From Parcubacteria group bacterium (lineage in GTDB: Bacteria > Patescibacteriota > Minisyncoccia > Moranbacterales > UBA2206), in NCBI GenBank assembly GCA_041671525.1, contig JBAZBJ010000003.1:28813-92812 (forward strand): a stretch of DNA of 64,000 bases, given 5' to 3'. Made by a program: the position numbers and the translations under genes. This document shows, in pieces, positions 54,695-62,875 of the stretch. Numbering within the stretch: the first letter of the stretch is position 1; each line of letters opens with the position of its first letter. The notes under the pieces were generated by a model. The model was given only the letters and a program-made list of their open reading frames with translations, did no database searches and was not told the DNA's origin.

Positions 54695-54761
54695 AAAAAA
54701 ATAAGTTTACTAATTACTGCGTTAATTATAGCACAAGAATAACTCAGCGATTCGCGGGCTT

Positions 54762-54995
54762 CAAAAAGCTTGGATTTAAGGAGGAGTCCGCCGCGGACGA
54801 CGGGGAAAAGCCGAGCTTTAAGTGAATGGCTTGAGTTTTGCCGCGGGTATCAAAAAGTTTAGCTTTAGAGAATATTCCTGTCAGGGAGCGAAAAGCTAAA
54901 CTTTAAGTGAGGAGCCGCGAGCCTCCGGGTTGCCTATCCGCGGCGGCGGATTCGCTGATTCGGCGGTTCCTCTCTAAAGCTGAGCTTTAGGGCGA
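54762..54995. repeat. Cluster of at least 5 degenerate REP-like palindromes at 39-45-nt spacing
   Basis: AAAAGCTTGGATTTAAG, AAAAGCCGAGCTTTAAG, AAAAGTTTAGCTTTAGA, AAAAGCTAAACTTTAAG, TAAAGCTGAGCTTTAGG, separated by GC-rich stretches. Confidence 0.6.
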
Positions 54996-55064
54996 TAGAG
55001 GCTCAATAAAGCACCAATGGATACTGGATTCGGAAGCGAGAAACCGTGATCGCTCGCATACTTC

Positions 55065-55200
55065 CCTACTACCGACTTTATTTTAGCACAAAATTAAGAG
55101 CCTCGCGTGAAATACAACGCGAGGCCCAAAACTTACGTCTTTAGGACTAAGAATCTCAGGCCTAGACCTGAGTGACAAAGTCCTGAGTACTAACTTGCGA
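55065..55200 (-). repeat. Conserved 3' block of cassette L2
   Basis: A 33-nt stretch is identical to L1. Hairpin GCCTCGCG...CGCGAGGC sits at the position of the L1 hairpin but has a different stem sequence. Confidence 0.75.
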
Positions 55201-55867
55201 GCAACGCCGCGGGCCAGACAGAGAGGAAGCCATAGTCGAGCCAGAAGTGGCTCGAGTACCACTGACCAACGCCGAAACACAGACAACGGACGATGAGGCT
55301 ACCATCAGAGGGGCCGCGAAATATCGTGCCCCAGAAGAAAATGAATATGGTGTTGCCATTTCCATCTTTCTTCCACTCTTCCGGAATAAGATGTAGGTTC
55401 TCAAGAAGTGCGTCAAGGATGTTCGCATTGAGCACCCACTTACCAGTAATCTCCTCCTTGAGTTCGTACCCTTTGATCACCTTTCCGTCTTTCTGTCGCT
55501 CAGACAGATACAGAATAACCTTGTGGCCGCCTACATACAATCCATCTTTGCGTTTTTCAACTTTGACCCATCCGCCACCGGTATAAGTTTCAACTTTCGC
55601 TCCGTCAAAAGGCAGTCTGGGAGCAATATCAAGATTGACCTCAATAACAGTCTCACTCAAAAAGCGGACACGCTGAGTTGTGAGATATTCTTTGCCGAGG
55701 GGTTCCAGCACTTTTTCGGAAAAATATTTTTTACCCTCTTCAGTTACAATCCAGGATATTATCTCAATCCCGATTCCCATTTTCTTGAATGTGCCGCGAA
55801 TAATCGCAAACACACTCAGTAAAACTGAAAAAAACTGGCCGAGCTGCTTCCAATCCAACTTCTTCAT
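55190..55867 (-). CDS. Orphan membrane-anchored protein, cassette L2 (225 aa)
   Basis: GAGGAGGA ribosome-binding site and an N-terminal TM helix. The C-terminal region is paralogous to L1. The conserved SQVSTQD tail is present only in another frame (ORF 55162-55428). Confidence 0.5.
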   Translation of the reverse strand: MKKLDWKQLGQFFSVLLSVFAIIRGTFKKMGIGIEIISWIVTEEGKKYFSEKVLEPLGKEYLTTQRVRFLSETVIEVNLDIAPRLPFDGAKVETYTGGGWVKVEKRKDGLYVGGHKVILYLSERQKDGKVIKGYELKEEITGKWVLNANILDALLENLHLIPEEWKKDGNGNTIFIFFWGTIFRGPSDGSLIVRCLCFGVGQWYSSHFWLDYGFLSVWPAALLAS

Positions 55868-56030
55868 ACTTCCTCCTCTGCCGCCTCATTGCAGATGCAT
55901 AAAGCATTGCGCCGACTTAGCTTTCCGAAATATCCCGCTTCATAGCAGGTTCAAGAAAATTTCGTAAAATTCCCTAAAAACTGCTATGAAGAAAATCGCA
56001 AATTAACATATTCAAAGAGCTTTCTTGCTT

Positions 56031-57076
56031 GTAAATTTACATTTGAAGTGCAACACTCATATAATTAAGATATGAGTAAAATTTTAAAGTACAAGCATTT
56101 CAAGCAGAATGAGCGAAATGAGATCGCCATCCTACTGAAGAAGGACTATTCCCTCAGAGACATCGGATATGCCTTGGGGAGAAACCCATCTTCAGTAAGT
56201 CGTGAAATCAAGCTTAATTCGGTGAGTGGAGTATACGATCCGCGCAAAGCCAAGCAGAAAGCCCGCACCAGAAGAAAACATTCCAAATATCAGTGCATGA
56301 AAATCAGAGAGCTTTCTTGGCTGGAAAAATATGTTTCAGAGAAACTACAGGCCTGCTGGACACCGGAGCAAATAGCCGGCAGATTAAAATCTGAACATGG
56401 ATATACAATCATTTCCGCTAAAAGCATCTACGAATATATCTACAGTGTCTATGGCCAACATCTCAGCCCGTACCTTACCTACAAGCAATTCCACAAAAGA
56501 AAAGGCGGGGTAAGAAAACGCGGGGTAAGAAAACGCGGTTGGGGCGGAGGCATCAGAAACAGAGTGTCTATTGATGATAGGCCAGCCGTTGTGAATGAAC
56601 GATCACGCTTTGGAGATTTTGAAGCGGATACGCTGGGAGCCATTAAAACGGACAAGGAAGTCTTAACTGGAATTACGGAACGCCTGTCTCGCTTTTTGAT
56701 ACTCGAGAAAGTACCTCGCTTAAAATATGCTATGGACGGATTCAAAAAATCATTAAACCCGTATCAGAACATAGTTCAGACTATGACTTTCGACAATGGC
56801 TTTGAAAATTCACGCTACGCGGAATTGAATGTTGACACCTACTTCTGTCATCCTTTTTCTTCCTGGGAAAAAGGTGGGATTGAAAATACTTTCGGTAGAC
56901 TCCGCAGATTCATTCCCAAGAAAGAATCTCTTAAATCCTACTCTCCGGAAAAAATATCTGCTATCATGAAAATCATGAACGATACTCCCAGAAAATGCCT
57001 TGGATACAAGACACCAACTGAAGTTTTCAATGAGCAATTATCATTAACGGGTGTTGCACTTGAGGGTAAAATGTAG
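56031..57076 (+). mobile_element. IS30-family insertion sequence (copy 2), ends approximate
   Basis: Imperfect 26-nt inverted repeats (GTAAATTTACATTTGAAGTGCAACAC and GTGTTGCACTTGAGGGTAAAATGTAG). Flanks align to the uninterrupted L1 leader. Confidence 0.75.
56072..57076 (+). CDS. IS30-family transposase
   Basis: LGRNPSSVSREI HTH, WTPEQIAGR, and a DDE core (GDFEADT...FDNGFE...EKGGIENTFGRLR). Divergent from copy 1. Confidence 0.9.
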   Translation: MSKILKYKHFKQNERNEIAILLKKDYSLRDIGYALGRNPSSVSREIKLNSVSGVYDPRKAKQKARTRRKHSKYQCMKIRELSWLEKYVSEKLQACWTPEQIAGRLKSEHGYTIISAKSIYEYIYSVYGQHLSPYLTYKQFHKRKGGVRKRGVRKRGWGGGIRNRVSIDDRPAVVNERSRFGDFEADTLGAIKTDKEVLTGITERLSRFLILEKVPRLKYAMDGFKKSLNPYQNIVQTMTFDNGFENSRYAELNVDTYFCHPFSSWEKGGIENTFGRLRRFIPKKESLKSYSPEKISAIMKIMNDTPRKCLGYKTPTEVFNEQLSLTGVALEGKM

Positions 57077-57094
57077 GTCTGATACTGATTTAAT

Positions 57095-57123
57095 AGTCTA
57101 CACTTAAAACGCCACTTTGTCAA
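57095..57123 (-). promoter_or_regulatory. L2 promoter displaced from its gene by IS30 copy 2
   Basis: TTGACA-N17-TAGACT plus the leader AAATCAGTATC, homologous to 47701-47740. Confidence 0.45.
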
Positions 57124-57164
57124 ACGCAAAGTGGATTTTTTGGCTATAATAAAGGTTTTTACAC

Positions 57165-58352
57165 TCAAAAACTCGCGATGAGGCCATTGTAGCTGTTGAC
57201 TTTCTGGTTATAAACTTTAATCTGGGCGTTGTAATCCTTAATCTCTTTCTGCACCTGAACCAGAAAATTATTATACTTTTTCGCCATTTTATTATAGTCC
57301 TCAGCATCTTCCGCTTTGGCCAGCTTGTCTAAATCTTTACGCATATCCTCCAGTTTCGCCTTGTCTGCGTTGATTTTTTTGTTGGTCGCCACAAATTCTT
57401 TCTTGGTTGCGAATATCCAGCTGCTCAGCGCATCGATCTGCTGCGAAATTTTCAGAGTGTTAACGATGCCGGCATATGTCTGGCCTGATGATTTTTCAAA
57501 GATTTCCACCGGTCCCAGATTCTTTTCATCGAATTGATCCTGACTGTTGTCGAAATAATCCAACTTCGCAACGCTTCGCGCCTGATTGTCAGCCGCGCTC
57601 AAGGTTGGAATCATACCGATCCGGCTGCCAACCGCCGTAGTCTCCGCCAAACAATACCCGGAATCATAGGTGGAATATTGATTGGCACATTGGACGGCCA
57701 CCGCCATGTGATTTTCCGCTTCATAGACGAACAAGGCCGCACCATAACCCAAATGGCGCAGCAAAGCATAGGCCAAGAAACTTTTATCCGAACACACGCC
57801 CGTGTTTCCATAGAGCGTTTCATATGGATAACTGACCAAACCTTGACCTGAGCCGGCCAAAATCAACTTGGCCTTGGCTTCGTCATAGGGAATCGCCTGC
57901 ACGAAAGCCATGACCAACTCCACAATTTGATCGTCTTTCAAATTATTTTTTTGCCCGGCCTGTTTCAAATCGGCCGCGATTTTGGCAATCGTGTCATCGC
58001 CCGGCGCCACTTGCAAAAACATGGCAAAATATTTTTCTTTCCAGTCGGTCGGCAGCTCGCCTTGATATTCAAACTCCTTGGGCTGCGCCGCGTAAAAATC
58101 CGCGATGGATCCATACAGCGTTTCCGTAAGAGTATAATTTTTCTGATTGTACGTCCATTTGAAATTGACGGTTTTCGGCTGGCTTTTTTCCGGCAATGTT
58201 TTCTCGACCACGCCTTGTAACTGCTCCTGCATGAATTGCCGCGGATCCAGTGAAATATTTTTCCTTTCTTTAATCCAAAAAATCAAAACAACCACTGCCA
58301 AAATCAGTACTAGTTTAAAAAGAAGCTTTGTAATTTTTCTCAATATATCCAT
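57165..58352 (-). CDS. Membrane-anchored protein with a transglutaminase-like Cys-His core and a C-terminal coiled coil (putative)
   Basis: N-terminal TM helix. GVCSDKSFLAYALLRHLGYGAALFVYEAENHMAV resembles a transglutaminase-core motif. Confidence 0.45.
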   Translation of the reverse strand: MDILRKITKLLFKLVLILAVVVLIFWIKERKNISLDPRQFMQEQLQGVVEKTLPEKSQPKTVNFKWTYNQKNYTLTETLYGSIADFYAAQPKEFEYQGELPTDWKEKYFAMFLQVAPGDDTIAKIAADLKQAGQKNNLKDDQIVELVMAFVQAIPYDEAKAKLILAGSGQGLVSYPYETLYGNTGVCSDKSFLAYALLRHLGYGAALFVYEAENHMAVAVQCANQYSTYDSGYCLAETTAVGSRIGMIPTLSAADNQARSVAKLDYFDNSQDQFDEKNLGPVEIFEKSSGQTYAGIVNTLKISQQIDALSSWIFATKKEFVATNKKINADKAKLEDMRKDLDKLAKAEDAEDYNKMAKKYNNFLVQVQKEIKDYNAQIKVYNQKVNSYNGLIASF

Positions 58353-58421
58353 GTCTAAATAGTACTACAAAATCAAAAACCCCGCCAAAAGCGGGGTCTT
58401 GATTAAAAGTTCAAATAAACC

Positions 58422-58703
58422 TTATAAAACAGCTTCCTTGGCAGCTTTTGCCAAACGGAATTTAACCACAGTCTTGGCTGCAATTTGGATCTTCGCTCCG
58501 GTTGCAGGATTTACGCCCATGCGTGCTTTTCTTTTTGCTTTAACCATCTTTCCGAATCCAGGAAGAACAAATTCTCCGTTCTTCTTTACTTCAGAATAAG
58601 CCATCTCTGCCAGCATATCCATAAAGCTAGCGATGTCTTTTTTTGCCATGCCTGACTTTTCAGCCAAAGCGCCTAGCAACTGGGCCTTCGTCATTTTTGC
58701 CAT
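58422..58703 (-). CDS. hup: DNA-binding protein HU
   Basis: Typical HU/IHF sequence (GFGKMVKAKRKARMGVNPATG). 93 aa. Confidence 0.92.
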   Translation of the reverse strand: MAKMTKAQLLGALAEKSGMAKKDIASFMDMLAEMAYSEVKKNGEFVLPGFGKMVKAKRKARMGVNPATGAKIQIAAKTVVKFRLAKAAKEAVL

Positions 58704-58858
58704 GTTGTTTTGTTAGTGATTAATTACATTGATTATTATAGCACGTTTTTAAAAGGGTAAAAGAGGAGTTGTCAACAGGCGCGCAGTATTCATGGGTTGG
58801 AACCTTCACGACAGCAAGTTTGACCAGCAAACATGAGTTTATTATCGAGTTGGGTTGA

Positions 58859-58925
58859 CCCAGCACTAACTTTGCACGGTGCCCTTGGCACTAAGGCTGA
58901 AAGCCAGTGCAAAGTTAGTGCTGGG
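58859..58925 (+). promoter_or_regulatory. Long stem-loop in the thrS leader (attenuator-like, or a palindromic element)
   Basis: Perfect 19-bp stem CCCAGCACTAACTTTGCAC / GTGCAAAGTTAGTGCTGGG enclosing two mini-hairpins. Followed by TTGATTTTCTCCCTTTTCC, 35 nt before the ATG. Confidence 0.45.
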
Positions 58926-58959
58926 TTGATTTTCTCCCTTTTCCTGCTATTATTGATGT

Positions 58960-60711
58960 ATGGAAAAAAATAATTTAGAAACTCTTCGTCACTCCACCGC
59001 CCATGTTTTAGCGACGGCCGTTTTGGAAATGTTCCCGGAAGCCAAGTTCGGCACCGGTCCGGCTGTGGAAAACGGCTTCTATTATGACTTTGACCTGCCG
59101 CGGACTTTGATCCCGGAAGATTTGCCGCTTTTGGAAGAAAAGATGAAAGCCGTCATCAAAACTAACTTCCCTTTTGAGCGCGCCGAGATTTCGGCGGCAG
59201 AAGCGCGCGCGGATTTCACCAAACTCGGACAAACCTACAAACTGGAGCTGATCGCTGATTTGGAAAAGGCTGGTGAAAAAATTTCGGTCTACAAGACCAA
59301 CGGCTTTGTGGACTTGTGTTCGGGCCCACATATTGAATCGACAGGCAAAATAAACCCAACCGCTTTCAAACTGACCAAAATCTCCGGCGCCTATTGGAAG
59401 GCTGACGAAAAAAACCCGCAGATGCAGCGGATCTATGGTGTGGTTTTTGAATCCAAGGAAAAATTGAAAGAATATTTACACATGCAGGAGGAGGCGGAAA
59501 AAAGAGACCACAGGAAACTTGGCAAAGAATTGGGATTGTTTATTTTTTCTGATTTAGTCGGTCCGGGTTTACCGATTTACACTCCAAAGGGAGCAACTAT
59601 CCGCCGAGAAATTATCAACTATTCCAACGAGCTACAATCATCAATTGGATATCAGGAGGTTCATACACCGAATATTAACAAAGCTGAACTTTTCAAAATT
59701 TCCGGTCATTATGATAAATACAAAGAAGATATGCTGCGCGTCGTTTCTAATTATACAAAAGAAGAGTACTTTTTGAAGCCGATGAGTTGTCCACAACACA
59801 CCCAGATTTTCGCCTCACAAATGAGAAGTTACCGGGATCTCCCGCTACGCATTGCGGATTTTGCCAATTTATATCGTGATGAAAAACCAGGTGAATTGAG
59901 CGGCCTGACCCGCCTACGCTGTTTCTGCCAGGATGATGGACATTCTTTCTGCCGCGAAGATCAAATCAAAGATGAATTTTCTTCTGTTCTTGGTGCAATT
60001 AAGCAAGCGATGGAAACTTATGTGATGGATTATAAGATCAGACTTTCTTTTTGGGATCCGCAACATCCGGAAAAATATCTCGGGGATGCCGCTGTTTGGG
60101 AAAAATCACAGAAATTATTAGAAGATATTCTTATTGAGAACAAAATTGAATATTTCAAAGCTGAGGGTGAAGCTGCAATCTATGGACCAAAGATGGATCT
60201 TATCTCTAATGATTCCCTCGGGCGAAAATGGCAGATTTCAACAATCCAGCTGGATTTCATCATGCCGCAGCGCTTCAACCTGACCTACATCGATAGCGAT
60301 GGCAAAGAAAAAACTCCGGTCATGATTCATCGCGCGATTGTCGGCTCACCGGAAAGATTTTTGGGAATTTTAATCGAACACTATGCTGGCGCTTTTCCGA
60401 CCTGGCTCGCGCCGGTGCAAGCCGTTATCATTCCGGTTTCCGAAGAAAAATTTGGCGCTTATGCCAAAGATGTAGAGACGCGATTAATCGCGTCTGGTGT
60501 GCGCGTTGAACTGGATGCTTCCGCCGAAGGCCTGGGCAAAAAAATCCGTGACGCTGAAAAACAAAAAATCCCGTACATGCTTGTTGTTGGGGAAAAAGAA
60601 ATGACGGATGGTTCCGTAGCAGTGCGCCAACGCGGCGACAAGAATCAGGAAGTTCTGAAGGTAGATGAATTCGTGGCTAAGATTTTAGAGGAAATAAAAA
60701 ACAAGAAATAA
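58960..60711 (+). CDS. thrS: Threonine--tRNA ligase, no N-terminal TGS domain
   Basis: Starts at the editing/second-additional domain (RHSTAHVLA). Class II core and anticodon-binding domain follow. 583 aa. Confidence 0.95.
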   Translation: MEKNNLETLRHSTAHVLATAVLEMFPEAKFGTGPAVENGFYYDFDLPRTLIPEDLPLLEEKMKAVIKTNFPFERAEISAAEARADFTKLGQTYKLELIADLEKAGEKISVYKTNGFVDLCSGPHIESTGKINPTAFKLTKISGAYWKADEKNPQMQRIYGVVFESKEKLKEYLHMQEEAEKRDHRKLGKELGLFIFSDLVGPGLPIYTPKGATIRREIINYSNELQSSIGYQEVHTPNINKAELFKISGHYDKYKEDMLRVVSNYTKEEYFLKPMSCPQHTQIFASQMRSYRDLPLRIADFANLYRDEKPGELSGLTRLRCFCQDDGHSFCREDQIKDEFSSVLGAIKQAMETYVMDYKIRLSFWDPQHPEKYLGDAAVWEKSQKLLEDILIENKIEYFKAEGEAAIYGPKMDLISNDSLGRKWQISTIQLDFIMPQRFNLTYIDSDGKEKTPVMIHRAIVGSPERFLGILIEHYAGAFPTWLAPVQAVIIPVSEEKFGAYAKDVETRLIASGVRVELDASAEGLGKKIRDAEKQKIPYMLVVGEKEMTDGSVAVRQRGDKNQEVLKVDEFVAKILEEIKNKK

Positions 60712-60796
60712 AAAACTTTTCTATATTTCTATATATAAATGATAAGAGGGGTCATCGCCAGTAGCGAGCCCCTCTTTGTTCAATGTTATTGCCATT

Positions 60797-60976
60797 TTAT
60801 TGCCTCATAAGCCAGATATGGCTCGAGAGGCCGGCAGCAAGATCACCAACGTGATTCTCGCCTTGCCGTACTACTTTTTTTGCCTGATCTAAACAAGCGT
60901 TTACTGTAAAAGAACTGGTTGACCCCCTTCCTGTCTTTAGGGGATCCTGCTGAGATTTTTTCTTCTCTCTTTTCAA
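60797..60976 (-). CDS. Possible small protein, 59 aa, TTG start
   Basis: AGGAGGA lies 7 nt upstream of the TTG. TTGACA-N17-TAAACT promoter at 61033-61061. Hand translation begins KREKKKSQQDPLKTGRGSTSSFTVNACLDQAKKVV... Confidence 0.3.
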   Translation of the reverse strand: MKREKKKSQQDPLKTGRGSTSSFTVNACLDQAKKVVRQGENHVGDLAAGLSSHIWLMRQ

Positions 60977-61180
60977 AGTTTTTTCCTCCTGTATTTTTAT
61001 GCTTGATATTTAAATCATTTGAGCATTGAGATAGTTTACTCTTATTTTAAAAAACTGTCAAGACAGCCATAATTTTCAATCTTCCAGACACCTAGTATTT
61101 AATACGGATAACCCCGTGATATATTGCATATAAAAAAAGCGGCCGGCGGGGTTTTCGCCCAGTCCGGCCATAGTTTTTGC

Positions 61181-61498
61181 TTAGAGTCTCTGACGATCAA
61201 AGAAAAGTGCACTTTGATTCCCCTCAGCTCTATATCTTCTCAGGTAATAAACTGCACCATTTGCAATAGTTAAGAGTTCAGAAACAGTAACGGTCCGGAT
61301 AATGCTAATATCCCTGCAAGGCACATGCCTCTCGCCTCCAAAAAATGTTTCGATTATAACAACCTCGTCTTTTGCCATTTCTGGCACCCTCGCGATACCA
61401 AAAAGCACCTCGCCTACAATTTCAACTCTGAAAATTGTTTGTAAGCCATTCTTCTCTTTCTCCTTTTCTACATACACCGGTATGGCACTCTTTCGCAT
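61181..61498 (-). CDS. Orphan hypothetical protein, 105 aa
   Basis: ORF followed by a strong terminator (GGCCGGACTGGGCG...CCCCGCCGGCC plus a T-run). Confidence 0.45.
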   Translation of the reverse strand: MRKSAIPVYVEKEKEKNGLQTIFRVEIVGEVLFGIARVPEMAKDEVVIIETFFGGERHVPCRDISIIRTVTVSELLTIANGAVYYLRRYRAEGNQSALFFDRQRL

Positions 61499-61567
61499 AA
61501 TTCCTCCCTTGATTTTTGACCTGAATTAAAGTATTCTAATGAATACCGTTTTATTAAAGAAGCATCC

Positions 61568-62875
61568 ATGAAATATTACATTAAAACTTTCGGCTGTCAA
61601 ATGAATGTCTCGGATTCCGAGCGGATTTCTGGCTTTTTGGAGGCCAAAGGGTATAAATCGGCGCAAGGCCTATCCGAGGCCGCCTTGGCCATTTTTAACA
61701 CCTGTGGGGTGCGTCAGATGGCCGAAGACCGGGTTTATGGCCAGATCCACAACCTCCGCAAGGCCGAAAATGCCAATCCCAGACTGACTCCCAAAACCAT
61801 CATTTTGACCGGCTGCCTGGCCAACCGCGCCGATGTGCAAAAACGCCTCAAGAACAAGGTGGATTTGTTTTGTGAAATTAAAGATTTTCCAAAAGAGTTT
61901 AAAAAAATACTAAAAACTACCAACCACAAACTACAAACTACCGCCCAAGAAAACATTGCATACCTTTCCATATCCCCAAAGCACAAAAATAACTTCAGCG
62001 CCTATGTCCCAATCATGACCGGCTGCAACAATTTTTGTGCCTACTGCGTCGTCCCTTATGCCCGCGGCCGCGAAGTTTCCCGACCCGCAGCGGAAATTCT
62101 TGCTGAAATTAAAAGTTTAATAAAAAAAGGCTACAAAGAAATTATTTTATTGGGTCAAAACGTCAACAGCTACAAAGACAAGAAAATAAACTTCTCACAG
62201 CTGCTAAAAAAAGTTGACGCTATCCATGGAAATTTCTGGATCCAATTCATGAGCAACCACCCCAAAGATGTGACAGATGAAATGATTGAGACCGTCGCTA
62301 AGCTGCCAAAAGTCTTCGAATCTTTTCATCTGCCGATCCAGGCTGGTTCTGATGAAATTATCCGCAAAATGAATCGCAAATACACCGCCAAGCAATATTT
62401 AACTTTGGTGAAAAAAATAAAAAAGGCTTACCAAAAATATAAACCTGATTTGCCTTTCGCCCTCACTTCCGATATCATTGTCGGTTTTCCGGGCGAAACG
62501 AAAAAGCAATTTATGGACTCGGCTAAGATTATGAAACTGGCGAAGTATGACATGGTTTTTTTCGGCCAGTTCTCACCCCGCCCCGGCACCGCTGCCTGGC
62601 AGATGAAGGACAACATTTCCAAGGCCGAAAAAGTCCGCCGCGAACAATTTTTGAACGAAATTTTGAAAAAGACCGTGCACGCCAATAACAAAAAATATGT
62701 CGAGCAAGTTTTGGATGTTTTGGTGGAAAATAAAAAAGACGACCATTATTTCGGCCGCACCCGGACGATGAAGAATGTGAAGATTGTCGCTACTCAGCAA
62801 AATTTAATTGGGAAAATAGTAAAAGCTAAGATCACCAAAGCAAACACATGGAATCTCGAGGGAAAATTATCGTAA
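61568..62875 (+). CDS. miaB: tRNA-2-methylthio-N6-dimethylallyladenosine synthase
   Basis: UPF0004 N-terminal domain (KTFGCQMN), radical-SAM CxxxCxxC (CNNFCAYC), and a TRAM domain. Confidence 0.93.
   Translation: MKYYIKTFGCQMNVSDSERISGFLEAKGYKSAQGLSEAALAIFNTCGVRQMAEDRVYGQIHNLRKAENANPRLTPKTIILTGCLANRADVQKRLKNKVDLFCEIKDFPKEFKKILKTTNHKLQTTAQENIAYLSISPKHKNNFSAYVPIMTGCNNFCAYCVVPYARGREVSRPAAEILAEIKSLIKKGYKEIILLGQNVNSYKDKKINFSQLLKKVDAIHGNFWIQFMSNHPKDVTDEMIETVAKLPKVFESFHLPIQAGSDEIIRKMNRKYTAKQYLTLVKKIKKAYQKYKPDLPFALTSDIIVGFPGETKKQFMDSAKIMKLAKYDMVFFGQFSPRPGTAAWQMKDNISKAEKVRREQFLNEILKKTVHANNKKYVEQVLDVLVENKKDDHYFGRTRTMKNVKIVATQQNLIGKIVKAKITKANTWNLEGKLS

Noticed and set aside
54762-54995. Possible CRISPR array (short repeats at about 42-nt spacing with unique GC-rich spacers)
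   Set aside because: - The repeats are only about 17 nt, differ from each other at several positions, and are themselves palindromic REP-like units also found at 9201-9243.
- Spacing is irregular (39-83 nt).
- No cas genes are in the window.
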